Of a stretch of DNA of 64,000 nucleotides, positions 36,322-47,650 are shown in pieces. The notes below the pieces were generated by a model that was not told the origin of the DNA, made no database searches, and was given only the letters and a program-made list of their open reading frames with translations. Numbering within the stretch: position 1 is the first letter of the stretch; every line of letters begins with the position of its first letter. The DNA is from a virus (Duplodnaviria; Caudoviricetes): IMG/VR virus record IMGVR_UViG_3300027804_000038, positions 229,851 to 293,850 of that record. One strand, given 5' to 3'. The translations under genes were made by a program, and so were the position numbers.

Positions 36322-37980
36322 TTGGAATGTTTATTGGATATCTTGCAACTAAACACATGTTTGAAAAAGAAAATGATTGAAAAATTAATTAAAAATAGAA
36401 CTCCATATCTAGGTAAGATGATATTGAAGTTTGAGAAATACCCTCACTATACAAGTAGTCAGGATGGTAAATTAAATAAAGTTCACCTTAATTTATGGTT
36501 TACCAAATTGGTTTCTAGATTCATACCAAGACAGGTAATGGAAGGTCAGACCAATGTTGACCCTGAAAAAGTTAAGTTAATTGAAAAATATACTGATGGA
36601 GTTATTGGAACTCACAAGTGGGGAAATAATGATGAGTATGTTTTGGAGGATTCATTCCTAACTAAAGACGGAAAATATATAGGTAATATTGATACTGCTT
36701 GGTGGTATTTTAAAAACGGAATGACCGTTTGTGAAGAGTATCCACACGGAGTTGCTATTGTTTGGAATACCGCGAACTCTGATAAAACATTGATGAGTGG
36801 ACAAGATGGGATTAAAGGTTATTATGGTTATTCACATCGTGGAGGAGCTTTATTAACAATCGGGGATAGAATTTTTGATAAGGAGTATAATCCTGTTGTT
36901 GAAGATTACGATAATAAGGAGTTTAAAAAGTGGTGGAAAAAATACGCCAAGTCATATAAAAAGGGTGACGATTTTGATAGAAAACACATTTATAATGATG
37001 GAATTAAATCAGTAATACCATTTAATAAACGAGGAAAACATATTATTAAAAATTGGTCAGACGCAATGAATTCGGCAATAAACGTGTCAAAATATTTAGG
37101 ATAACATGAAAATAATACCATTCTTTAACTTAACTTGGACTGAGGACTTTAAACAAATTGCCATAGTCCCAACAATATTCCTAACTAAGAGTTATGGAAA
37201 TAGATACAATTTTGGAATTAATTTTTTATGTTTTGATTTTGGACTATGGATACTAATAAGAAAATAAACATTATTGAAGATTTAAGTAGGTATGAAGATT
37301 ATCTTACTGTTGGAAAATTAAAGAAGTTTTTGGAAGAACATCCTGAACTACCTGACGACGCAAATGTTTTAATCCAAAGGGTCGAAGATAGGTATTATGA
37401 AGAACATGGATGGGGTGTTGTTTTGAAGGAAGGTGACCATTATCACATGTATAAAGAACAGAACTATCGGATGAATGAGGAGATTAAAAGAAGAAAGAAC
37501 GGAGAACACCCAAAGTATGAAATGGAAGACCCATCAAAATTCATAGTTGAATTGGATGACTCAATGAAAGACCAATACCATCCAGGATGGTGTTGTTTAA
37601 AATATAAAGATGATAACAATTTATATATTGATTTACATTATTAGACAATGGCAACACTAGAAACACAATACTGGAACTTTCTAGAAAAGAATCCTAAATC
37701 TACGTTCACATTTGAGGAGTGGAAACAAAAATGGGCGGATGATATGAAACCATCATTTGATAAATTAAACAATCCATCAGTTGAATGGAAATTATATCAG
37801 AACTACGTAAATACTTTCATAGGACACGAAGATATCCCAAGTTTTGAATGGTTCAAACACGAATTGGAAAATAACAAAGAGTTCAGTGAGAGGTATGGTG
37901 AAACAGATTCCATATATTGTCCTGTATGTTCGGGATGTGTGATAATTGAAACTGAATCGGAGATTAAGATTATAAGATGA
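36322..37980 (+). CDS. Three hypothetical genes (36322-37104, 37246-37644, 37648-37980)
   Basis: Long ORFs with typical codon usage. Confidence 0.55.
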
Positions 37981-38339
37981 ATAGAGTTTTTTTAATTGAT
38001 ATTGACGGGACAATATGTGATGATATAAAAAATGAGGAGTCACATTTATACCCAACGGCAAAGTGTTATCCTGACGCATTACGGATAATCAATAAGTGGT
38101 ATGATGAAGGAAACGTCATAACATTTTTCACCGCACGTGAGAGTAAAGATAGGGATGTTACTGAAACTTGGTTGGGTGATAATGGATTTAAATATCACGG
38201 ATTGGTTATGGATAAACCAAGAATTAAAGATGGTCAGGAATATATTTGGATTGACAATCGTAAGGTGAGAGCGGTTACTTATTTGGGTAACTGGACGGAA
38301 CTAAAAGAAATTGAAACTAAAATACAAGTTTTTGAATAA
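37977..38339 (+). CDS. Small HAD phosphatase
   Basis: LIDIDGT, FFTAR, MDKP, WIDN. Confidence 0.8.
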   Translation: MNRVFLIDIDGTICDDIKNEESHLYPTAKCYPDALRIINKWYDEGNVITFFTARESKDRDVTETWLGDNGFKYHGLVMDKPRIKDGQEYIWIDNRKVRAVTYLGNWTELKEIETKIQVFE

Positions 38340-38340
38340 T

Positions 38341-38682
38341 ATGGCAACACTTGAATCACAGTATTGGAAGTTTTTGGAAGACAACCCTGGCTCAACTCTT
38401 ACCTTTGAAGAGTGGAATGTTGAATTGGCTAAACGAATTAAAATGGGTTTTGAAAACAGGAAAAATAATTTAGATGAACAACTTGAAGAGTTTGAAATGG
38501 TTCGTTATAGAATGGAGAATGAAGGTTTCCACTATTGTTTTAAACATTACTCATCATTCAAAGAAGTTGAGGATGAAAAGTTCCACGAACTGAGGAGAAA
38601 GTATTTGGAGATATCTCACGAGCTTGAGGAGTATGTCCATTCAAAGATTAATACATTGAGAGATGAAATAGAAGAATTATGA
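38341..38682 (+). CDS. Hypothetical protein (N-terminus paralogous to 37648)
   Basis: MATLESQYWKFLE vs MATLETQYWNFLE. Confidence 0.6.
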   Translation: MATLESQYWKFLEDNPGSTLTFEEWNVELAKRIKMGFENRKNNLDEQLEEFEMVRYRMENEGFHYCFKHYSSFKEVEDEKFHELRRKYLEISHELEEYVHSKINTLRDEIEEL

Positions 38683-39144
38683 TAAAACAAGATTATGAAT
38701 AAGGAAATCAAAAAAGGCAATCTTAACTACGACCAATCAGGTAGAGCATATCCTGATAACCCAAGAATAAAAGAAAATTGGGATTGTATTTGGGAAAATG
38801 ATGGTAAATACTACAAGTTAGTTGGTGATAATGAGCATAAAGAATGGGAAGAAATAGAAAACCAATAAAAAGTTATGAATAAAGAAAAAATTATTTTAAT
38901 TCATTATATCAATGTAAGTAATATTGATAGTAATGATGTGTCAAAAATGATAGAAGAAGTTATTAACAAATTCTCTCCAAAGGAAGAAGATAATATAATT
39001 TCATATTGGATACCAGTTAGAGAAGGTGAAACAAGAGTAGAATGTATAAATCCTAAACTTGTATCAGAAGAAGATTTCACGGAAGCGAAACGAGTATTAG
39101 ATAGAAATCAGGAAATTGTAAATGATATTATTAATTGGAAAAAC

Positions 39145-39273
39145 AAAACAATAGAAAGTTATGAGTAAAAGAAATATAATCCAAATAGATTTAAGTGGTT
39201 GTAAAAACTGGAAAGAGTGTGAAAGAACAATTGCACTAATTACAACGATAAAACAATAGAAAGTTATGAGTAA
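39145..39273 (+). repeat. 24-bp direct repeat flanking a 105-bp unit
   Basis: AAAACAATAGAAAGTTATGAGTAA at 39145 and 39250. Confidence 0.85.
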
Positions 39274-40402
39274 CACATTAGATAAAACATACACAGACCT
39301 ACTTCAAGACATTCTTGATAACGGAGTAGAAAAGAAAGACAGAACAGGTACTGGTACCTTATCAGTATTCGGAAGACAAATCAGACATAAGATGTCAGAA
39401 GGGTTTCCACTTCTAACAACCAAAAAGATGCCATTCAAAACAATCACTACAGAATTGTTATGGTTCCTAAGAGGTGATACCAACATCAAATATCTTGTTG
39501 ACAATAATTGCCATATTTGGGATGGTGATGCTTATAAGAATTATTGTAAAAATGTGATAGTAGATGAAGATGTTTTAAGTGTTTATTCAACTAAAGATGG
39601 AAATGTTTCACATTTATTTACTGATAAAGTTTTAACGCAAGAAGAATTCATCAACAAAATCAAAACAGATGATGAGTTTGCTAAGAAGTGGGGTGAATTA
39701 GGTCCCGTGTATGGTAAGCAATGGAGAAGTTGGGGAGGTGAATTTTCATTACATATTGGATTAGAACGGGATGGAAGTCAAGATAAAATAAATTTTAAAC
39801 CAGGTATAGACCAAATCGCAAACTCAATCAATCTACTTAAAACAGACCCAGACTCAAGACGTAATAAAGTTAATGCTTGGAATGTAGGTGAGTTGGATTC
39901 TATGGTCTTGCCACCTTGTCATACAGATTTTCAATTTTATACAAGAGAGTTGAGTTTAGAAGAGAGGTTATCTTTATGGGATAAAAGATTTGGGTTTGCA
40001 AATGAAGAACAACAAAATCAATTCAATCCCGATGTACATTTAGATACACATGGAATACCTAAACGAGCAATCTCTTTAATGTGGAATCAACGTTCAGTAG
40101 ATACATTCTTAGGTTTACCATTCAACATTGCTAGTTATGGGTTGTTATTAGAAATCATTGCCAAAGAAGTTAATATGGTTCCTGATGAGTTGATTGGTAA
40201 TTTGGGTGATACTCACTTATATCTTAATCATATTGAACAGGCAAAAGAACAAATTGGAAGAGAACCTTATGATTTGCCTAAATTAGGTGTGGATTATAGA
40301 GAGGGTGAATATAATAAAAATTTAAAAGACTTTGTACCTGATGATTTTTATTTAATAGATTACCAATCACACCCAACTATTAAGGCCCCACTATCCAATT
40401 AA
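39266..40402 (+). CDS. thyA: Thymidylate synthase
   Basis: DRTGTGT, ELLWFLRG, LPPCH, QRSVD, PFNIASY, DTHLY. Confidence 0.97.
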   Translation: MSNTLDKTYTDLLQDILDNGVEKKDRTGTGTLSVFGRQIRHKMSEGFPLLTTKKMPFKTITTELLWFLRGDTNIKYLVDNNCHIWDGDAYKNYCKNVIVDEDVLSVYSTKDGNVSHLFTDKVLTQEEFINKIKTDDEFAKKWGELGPVYGKQWRSWGGEFSLHIGLERDGSQDKINFKPGIDQIANSINLLKTDPDSRRNKVNAWNVGELDSMVLPPCHTDFQFYTRELSLEERLSLWDKRFGFANEEQQNQFNPDVHLDTHGIPKRAISLMWNQRSVDTFLGLPFNIASYGLLLEIIAKEVNMVPDELIGNLGDTHLYLNHIEQAKEQIGREPYDLPKLGVDYREGEYNKNLKDFVPDDFYLIDYQSHPTIKAPLSN

Positions 40403-40408
40403 TCCACT

Positions 40409-40867
40409 ATGATGGAAGATGACCTGTGGTGTAATTATTCTGACCTACCAAGTGTAATGAGTTACGAACAACCAAAAAAGAAATATCCCGACAATGTTGT
40501 ATGGAGTGAAGAGCGTGGTTATTATGCTCATCTTCTTCCATATGCAACAAACATTGGGGCACCAGTTATAATACCTGACAATGTATCAACTTGGAAGAAT
40601 GAAAAGATTTTAAAAACCAATCATTACTTCAATAAAAAATACGAGGAGATAAAAGAACAATATGAAAAACTACTTCAGGAATTTGAGTGGAATAGTATTG
40701 TATATAATGCGACATATAATTTTCAACCAGTTATTGGACAAGAATATTATTTGTATCGTAGAAAAAGTGGAGAGTATTTCTTATCATTAATCAAACCAAC
40801 CGAGTGGAAAGAAAACCACATTGGAACATTTGAATTGGATTCAGATAATAAGTGGAAAAAAATATAG
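40409..40867 (+). CDS. DUF2452-like protein
   Basis: YNFQPVIGQEYYLY, LSLIKPTEW. Confidence 0.7.
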   Translation: MMEDDLWCNYSDLPSVMSYEQPKKKYPDNVVWSEERGYYAHLLPYATNIGAPVIIPDNVSTWKNEKILKTNHYFNKKYEEIKEQYEKLLQEFEWNSIVYNATYNFQPVIGQEYYLYRRKSGEYFLSLIKPTEWKENHIGTFELDSDNKWKKI

Positions 40868-41062
40868 AATTATGGAGAAATTAATAGGTAGTTATGATTA
40901 CTTGAAAGTTAGAGAGTCTATAAAAAATATTGAATTACTAACTAAACAATTCAAAAAAAATAGAATAAAGACTGACGAGTATATTATTAAAGTAAACGAA
41001 AATTTATATAATCTAACCAATCAGAGAGACTACATTGGTTATTTAAAAAATATAGGACAATT

Positions 41063-41398
41063 ATGAAAAGAATTATATTTTTATTATTTTTTATAGTACC
41101 ATTTAAATTATTATCTCAGTCAGATTCGTTATATATACCTAACGCATTTTCGCCAAATAATGATGGGGATAACGACTATGTTAAAGTTTATAGTGATGAG
41201 GTTTTTTCAAAATTTAATTTTGAGATATATTCAAATTATGGTGAATTAGTATTTAAAACTAATAATCAGTATGAAGTTTGGATGGGAGGTGATTTTTATT
41301 ATTCTGGTCCTACAGTATTCCAATATAAAATTGAATATACTATAGAAAATAAATTTGATAGTCAAGTTAAATTTGGTCATATAGTTTTAATAAGATAA
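41063..41398 (+). CDS. CHU_C (gliding-motility C-terminal) domain protein
   Basis: YIPNAFSPNNDGDND, GHIVLIR. Confidence 0.85.
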   Translation: MKRIIFLLFFIVPFKLLSQSDSLYIPNAFSPNNDGDNDYVKVYSDEVFSKFNFEIYSNYGELVFKTNNQYEVWMGGDFYYSGPTVFQYKIEYTIENKFDSQVKFGHIVLIR

Positions 41399-41582
41399 AT
41401 TATGAATGAATTTGAAAAAATGATAGTTGAGATTGAATTTGCGGTCGGACAAATTGATTATGACAATGGGGACATATCCGATATAGGAAATGAGATTGGG
41501 TATGCTATTGGTAGATTTATTAAAAATGATGAAGACATTAATGATTTTATTACGGGTTTAAAACATGGGGTTTCGTTAAGAA

Positions 41583-42734
41583 ATGGCACACATTAAAAAA
41601 ATCATAATTTTACTCTTATTAATTTTTCCTAATTTAACGTTTTCACAATGTTTGAACTCTAATTTTGAACTTGGAAACTTTACAAATTGGTCAGGTAGAC
41701 GAGGTACATGTTGTCCTATAAATTTACCAACAAATGGTATTTTGAACGGAAGACAAACCATTATGACACAAGGAATTGACCCACACAGTTGTGGTGGATT
41801 AAATATGGTGTACCAGGGTAATTTCTCCGCTAGACTTGGTAACGATGCGGTTGGAGCAAGAGCTGAAGGTCTTTATTATCAGTTTACAGTTAGCCCAAAT
41901 TCTACGTTAATTCAATATGCTTATGCTGTTGTATTACAAGACCCAGGTCATAATGATGGAGACCAACCAAGGTTTCAATCTAGAGTTAGATTACAAAATG
42001 GAAATGTAATTCCGTGTACCGAATACATGGTTACCGCAGGACCCAACTTAAGCGGGTATAATTATTGTACTGAGATTGATTCCCAAGGAAACTTAGTACA
42101 AGTTGCTTGGAGTGATTGGAGAGTTATTACATTAGATTTATCAGGTTATATCGGACAAGTTGTAACACTAGAGTTTGAAACAGGTGATTGTGAATTAGGT
42201 GCTCACTATGGTTACGCATATATTGACGCAATTTCTTGCGGACCAATTGAAACACAAGTTAGTTATTGTTTAGATAGTGATTCTATTCTTGTTGAAGGTC
42301 CTGAAGGATTTGCAACATATGAATGGGTACCAACTGGTGACACAACAAGAGTAATTACTATAGGACCACAGGATTATGATACCCTTTGGTGTAATGTGAC
42401 CACAGTAACAGGATGTGAATTACAATTAGAAGTTTTATTAAATCCTGTTGGAGTTTTAGCTGAAATAATATGTGATAATACCTGTATTGGTGATACTGTG
42501 TATTTTACTAATTTAACTCCATTAATTAATGGATATAATTTATTATTTTATTGGGATTTTGGTGATGGGCAAAATTCTATTGAATATTCACCATCACATT
42601 TTTATGAATTACCTGGTGCATATATTGTTACATTAACTGTTGAGGTTGAAGGTACTAATTGTACTGATATAACATATTGTGAAGTTATTATTTATGAGGA
42701 ACCAATTCCTATTAATGAAATAGAACACGACTAA
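41583..42734 (+). CDS. Secreted protein with C-terminal PKD domain
   Basis: Signal peptide, NSNFELGNFTNW, YWDFGDG...H.Y..PGAY.VTL, ends IEHD. Confidence 0.75.
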   Translation: MAHIKKIIILLLLIFPNLTFSQCLNSNFELGNFTNWSGRRGTCCPINLPTNGILNGRQTIMTQGIDPHSCGGLNMVYQGNFSARLGNDAVGARAEGLYYQFTVSPNSTLIQYAYAVVLQDPGHNDGDQPRFQSRVRLQNGNVIPCTEYMVTAGPNLSGYNYCTEIDSQGNLVQVAWSDWRVITLDLSGYIGQVVTLEFETGDCELGAHYGYAYIDAISCGPIETQVSYCLDSDSILVEGPEGFATYEWVPTGDTTRVITIGPQDYDTLWCNVTTVTGCELQLEVLLNPVGVLAEIICDNTCIGDTVYFTNLTPLINGYNLLFYWDFGDGQNSIEYSPSHFYELPGAYIVTLTVEVEGTNCTDITYCEVIIYEEPIPINEIEHD

Positions 42735-42820
42735 CATGTAAATTACGTAGACATAAATAAAAATATTAATTTGAAATATTATAAAATTACTGGTATTTAT
42801 GAATGTAAGTTGAGAATGTT

Positions 42821-43402
42821 ATGAGGTTAGTTTTAATATTTTATTTCATATTTTTACATTTAACATCCCTCGGACAACTGAGGGATTCTGTTTATATAAG
42901 GACTTCTATTTTTGATGTTGTTTATTCTGAAATATTACAACAACCAAAGTGGATAGAATATAATATAAGGTGTAGTGAAGGACAAATATCCAGAAAAGGT
43001 CTTGATTTTTATACTTGCGACAGTATAGTAACCTCAGATTCAAAAGACTATGAAAATAATGAATGGGATAAAGGACATTTAGCCCCTGCCGCAGACTTTA
43101 ACTGCGATAAAGATTTATTAAAAATAACTTTTTCTTATTTAAATTGTGTTTTACAACATGAAAAATTAAACAGAGGTGTATGGAAAAACTTAGAATTTTA
43201 CGAACGAGAAATATCTAAAAAATACTCAGTTTATGTTGAGATAAGAGTTATATATAGTAAAAAATCAAAAAAATTACCCTCAGGGGCTACAGTACCTGAC
43301 GGATTTTATAAAATAATATATTATAATAATAGTAAAGAAAAATATTATTTTCCAAACAGTATACCAATACATTCAGATTATACAAAATACAGAGTGAACT
43401 GA
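42821..43402 (+). CDS. DNA/RNA non-specific endonuclease
   Basis: DKGHLAPAADF, LNRGVWKNLE, ATVPDGFYK. Confidence 0.92.
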   Translation: MRLVLIFYFIFLHLTSLGQLRDSVYIRTSIFDVVYSEILQQPKWIEYNIRCSEGQISRKGLDFYTCDSIVTSDSKDYENNEWDKGHLAPAADFNCDKDLLKITFSYLNCVLQHEKLNRGVWKNLEFYEREISKKYSVYVEIRVIYSKKSKKLPSGATVPDGFYKIIYYNNSKEKYYFPNSIPIHSDYTKYRVN

Positions 43403-43450
43403 CCTATGCTCTCTGTTATTAATAAACATATTTATATTTTTTAAAAAAAA

Positions 43451-45733
43451 ATGAAAAAATTATTTTTTCTATTAACTTTTTGTTTCTCTTTCATTTTTGG
43501 ATATGGCCAATATGATTTATCCAAAAATGTAGACAAACAAGTCATAGTGGTTCCAAAAAAAGGAATGGAGTCACTAACAGAATCATTTATTGAAGGTAAC
43601 TTTGCTAAAATAGTTGCCGAATTTGACCAACTAGGTTGGTATGTAGTTTTATTACCTGATAATTTAACTCAGGATAGATTTTTAGAAATCTGTAAAGATT
43701 TCAGTTTTATTAAAAATGTGTGGAAAGATGAGGAAATGGAGATGAAATTGGATTACATCCCAAACGACACTGAATTTTCATCTTGCTGGCATTTAAAACA
43801 ATCAACTGATAAAGACATTGATGCTGACGAAGCTTGGGATTTAGTTCCTTCAGATAATCCATATGTAAGTGTTGCAATGTTTGATGGGGGACTTGATTTA
43901 ACTATACCTGATTTAGGTCAAAACGTTGTAAATCCATTTAATGCGGTTAACAGTACCACATCAATCCCATATGTGAATGCTGAAGATAAACACGGTACAA
44001 CATGTAGTGGAACAATCGCCGCAATCACTAACAACGGATTAGGTGTTAGTAGTGTTGGTAACAACAAAGTTAAAGTAATGCCTGTAAATATTATGTCTAA
44101 TGTTTACGCTGGAGGTAGTTTTGCGACAACTGCGGTAATCCAAATAAACGCAGTAAACGCGGCTATGGCTAACCCAAATTGTGTGGCAATTGCGATGTCA
44201 TATGGAGGTTCATCATATTCAGCAGCTCTTGAAGCGGCGTTTGAATCTGCAAGAACGACAGCAAGAGAAGGTAAAGGTATGGTTGTTGTCGCATCATCGG
44301 GAAATGGATATTCAGGGACCGCAAATCAATATCCTGCAAATTACAATAATGTATGGGGTATAGGAGCAACATCACAAAGTGATGTAAGGGCAAGTTTTTC
44401 TAATTATGGTCAGATTTGTGATATATCTGCACCTGGTGTTTCAATTAGAACTGTAGACAGACCAGGAACTGCGGGATATAATACAGGTGATTATACATCA
44501 ATCAGTGGAACATCATTTTCATGTCCAATATTTGCGGCTTCTGCGGCATTTTGTTTTTATAAAAATTGGGAACTAACTGATGACCAAATATTACAAATAC
44601 TTTCATCTACCGCTGAAAAAGTAGGTGGATATATCTATTCTAATAACTCCAACTGGCCTTACTCAACTAGAAGTAACGAACTTGGTTATGGTAGAATTAA
44701 TTTAAGAGATGCTATTATTGCAACTCCAAATCCTGGAGGAACACCACCTCCACCACCTCCTCCTCCATCCTTGGTACATAATTTCTTAATTAGTTCAATA
44801 AGTGTTATACCAAATTCAGTTAATACAAACTCAAATATTACGATAAATTGTAATATTGGAACACAAAACCCAACATATCCTGAAGTAACGGTTATGACTC
44901 AATATAGAATATCAAACAATGCAATTTGGGGTGATTCTGATGATATTGTAATAGGGACTACTTCAAATAATTTAGGAGGAGGAACATCTAATCAAAATGA
45001 TACGCTAACTTATAATGTTGGTTCATTACCTGGCAATAGATATGTGTTAGCAAAGGTTAATTATATGGGTAGTGTTACTGAAACAAATCAGAATGATAAT
45101 AATGCTCAATCTCAGTTTACAATTATACAAACTGTAGAACCTGGAACTGATGCTTTGGCATTCTTCGTAACACCAACTACCCCTACATTAACAACTAGTA
45201 GTCAATCTGTAAGTTTTAGATGGGGAATTAAAAATAATGGAACAACAAATATAACATCTCTAACATATAGAAGAGGATGGGTTAATTGCCCACCACCACC
45301 ATTTCCATGGTCACAACCATGTGTACAAGTATATACTTGGAGTGGAACTTTGTTACCTGGACAAACAGTTTACTTCCCATCAAGTACTGGGTATATATCA
45401 ACAAACCTGTGCTTCAGTTCAACAAGTTGTGCGATACCTGCTGGTGGTAGTAACACTTATTTTTTTGAAGTAATTTCTATTAATGGTTCTAATACTGATA
45501 ACGTTATGGATAATAACTATTCACAGTGTGTTATAACAAGAACTGCAACCGCCGTTAATAATGGAAATGTATCTGATATTGATTTTGTTGAAATTAGGTC
45601 ATACAATAAATTGTATGAAAATCCTATTAAGTATAATACCATTGAAGATGCTTTGATGGAAAAAGGGCTTAACTTTATATACATACATTACTCTGATGGA
45701 ACAATCGAGGTTAAAAAAATATGGCAAGACTAA
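43451..45733 (+). CDS. Secreted S8 subtilase with CARDB-like domains
   Basis: Triad DGG / HGT / GTSFS, ETNQNDN, CTD-like C-terminus. Confidence 0.9.
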   Translation: MKKLFFLLTFCFSFIFGYGQYDLSKNVDKQVIVVPKKGMESLTESFIEGNFAKIVAEFDQLGWYVVLLPDNLTQDRFLEICKDFSFIKNVWKDEEMEMKLDYIPNDTEFSSCWHLKQSTDKDIDADEAWDLVPSDNPYVSVAMFDGGLDLTIPDLGQNVVNPFNAVNSTTSIPYVNAEDKHGTTCSGTIAAITNNGLGVSSVGNNKVKVMPVNIMSNVYAGGSFATTAVIQINAVNAAMANPNCVAIAMSYGGSSYSAALEAAFESARTTAREGKGMVVVASSGNGYSGTANQYPANYNNVWGIGATSQSDVRASFSNYGQICDISAPGVSIRTVDRPGTAGYNTGDYTSISGTSFSCPIFAASAAFCFYKNWELTDDQILQILSSTAEKVGGYIYSNNSNWPYSTRSNELGYGRINLRDAIIATPNPGGTPPPPPPPPSLVHNFLISSISVIPNSVNTNSNITINCNIGTQNPTYPEVTVMTQYRISNNAIWGDSDDIVIGTTSNNLGGGTSNQNDTLTYNVGSLPGNRYVLAKVNYMGSVTETNQNDNNAQSQFTIIQTVEPGTDALAFFVTPTTPTLTTSSQSVSFRWGIKNNGTTNITSLTYRRGWVNCPPPPFPWSQPCVQVYTWSGTLLPGQTVYFPSSTGYISTNLCFSSTSCAIPAGGSNTYFFEVISINGSNTDNVMDNNYSQCVITRTATAVNNGNVSDIDFVEIRSYNKLYENPIKYNTIEDALMEKGLNFIYIHYSDGTIEVKKIWQD

Positions 45734-45815
45734 AGTAATTTAATTATAAGTTTAAAAAGGTAGGGTAACCTACCTTTTTTATTTTAAAAAAGTATTTATA
45801 AAATAAATTAAGGTT

Positions 45816-46361
45816 ATGAAAAAATATTCAGTAGAAGAACTAAAGAAAAAATTTGAAGAATTAGGATATAAATGGTATCCATTTATGTTAATTGGTATCC
45901 GCTCAAAAGAAAATAAACCTAATGTATTTGATGATTTGATTGGGGTAGTTGAAAATGATAAAATAAATTGGTATACTGCAACAACAAATCCTGGAACACA
46001 TTGGTTAAAAAATCTTTTAAATCCTAAAGGAGCCGCACTTTTAAAACATGGACAATGGGTCGATTCATGGAAAATCGGGTTACACCAAGGAAAGTACGAG
46101 GCTTTAACCCAAATTAAACCAATTACAGTTTATAGAGATGGTGATAAAGATATTATTGCGGAAGAAACTAAAATAACAGATACTGGTTTATTTGGAATTA
46201 ATATTCACAGAGCTAACTCTAGTGCTATCTCAAAACTAATTGATAAATGGTCTGCGGGATGTCAAGTTTTAAATAATCCTAAAGAATTTGCGGAATTATT
46301 GTCAAAATGTAAATCGTCAGGTCTTAAAACTTTTACATATACGTTATTGAACGAATTTTAA
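45816..46361 (+). CDS. Putative cell-wall hydrolase-like phage protein
   Basis: GINIHRA, WSAGCQV (His...Cys motif). Confidence 0.5.
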   Translation: MKKYSVEELKKKFEELGYKWYPFMLIGIRSKENKPNVFDDLIGVVENDKINWYTATTNPGTHWLKNLLNPKGAALLKHGQWVDSWKIGLHQGKYEALTQIKPITVYRDGDKDIIAEETKITDTGLFGINIHRANSSAISKLIDKWSAGCQVLNNPKEFAELLSKCKSSGLKTFTYTLLNEF

Positions 46362-46630
46362 AAAAAATAATTTTAAAAAAAATATAAGGGTCTATTGACC
46401 CTTTTTTTATTTATAAAAATTGACTAATAAAACTAACCTAATTATAATTGTGACATGAGTTATTCTAATGAAGATTATATTGAAGAACTTATGTGGTTAG
46501 CACATAATGAAAACATCGGAGATGAACTTATTAAATTAGTTGATAAGTACACAAATATTAATAAATTAAGTAGAGTTGACGCATTCACTTTGGCTAGTAA
46601 AGAACTTGGTCTAAAAATACCTGATTAATA

Positions 46631-47650
46631 ATGATATATAAATTTGAATACATTTGGTTAGATGGATATACTCCCGAACCAAACCTTAGAAGTAAAACAA
46701 AGGTAATTAACTTCACAAAAGAAGATTTTACAATAACAGACCTACCAATATGGAGTTTTGATGGCTCATCAACAAAACAAGCTGAAGGTATTGACTCAGA
46801 TTGTCTTTTGAAACCTGTTAAAATGATTAAAGACCCACAAAGAAAGAATGGGTATCTTGTATTGTGTGAAGTCTTAAATGTTGATGAAACTCCACATGAG
46901 TCAAATATGAGAGCAAAGGTTGCGGATGACCCAAATCTTTGGCTTGGTTTTGAGCAAGAGTTCTTCATTTATAAAGATGGATTACCATTAGGGCATAATG
47001 GTATAACACCAAAACCACAAGGAGAATACTATTGTGGAATTGGTTCGGAAAACATTTCAGGACGAGATATTATTGAACATCATTTGGACCTATGTTTGGC
47101 CGCAGGACTTAATATGACAGGAATCAATGCTGAAGTGGCACTCGGTCAATGGGAATTCCAAGTTATGGGTAAAGGAGCTCTTGATGCTTGCGACCAACTA
47201 ACACTTGCAAGATACATTCTTAATAGGCTTTCAGAGTCTTACAAAGTGTCAATTGAATATCACCCAAAACCACTTGGTGATACAGATTGGAATGGGTCAG
47301 GAATGCACACAAATTTCTCAACCAAACAAATGAGAGAAGAAGGCGGAAAGGAACTATTTGATGAAATCTTCCGTGTATTTAAAACAAACCACGACAAACA
47401 TATTTCGGTTTATGGTTCAGATAATGAACAAAGACTTACAGGTAAACATGAAACTCAGTCTATTGATAAGTTTAGTTGGGGTGTGAGTGACAGAGGTGCA
47501 TCAATTCGTATTCCACAAACCACAGTTAAAAACGGATGGAGAGGTTATTTGGAAGATAGAAGACCAGCATCAAATGCTTGTCCTTATATGATTACAAAAC
47601 AAATTTCAGAATCATTAAAATTGGCTCAAAATAATTTTAGTTTTGTTTAA
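46631..47650 (+). CDS. glnII: Glutamine synthetase type II
   Basis: EYIWLDG, FDGSST, GFEQE, NAEVALGQWE, WNGSGMH, DRRPASN. Confidence 0.95.
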   Translation: MIYKFEYIWLDGYTPEPNLRSKTKVINFTKEDFTITDLPIWSFDGSSTKQAEGIDSDCLLKPVKMIKDPQRKNGYLVLCEVLNVDETPHESNMRAKVADDPNLWLGFEQEFFIYKDGLPLGHNGITPKPQGEYYCGIGSENISGRDIIEHHLDLCLAAGLNMTGINAEVALGQWEFQVMGKGALDACDQLTLARYILNRLSESYKVSIEYHPKPLGDTDWNGSGMHTNFSTKQMREEGGKELFDEIFRVFKTNHDKHISVYGSDNEQRLTGKHETQSIDKFSWGVSDRGASIRIPQTTVKNGWRGYLEDRRPASNACPYMITKQISESLKLAQNNFSFV

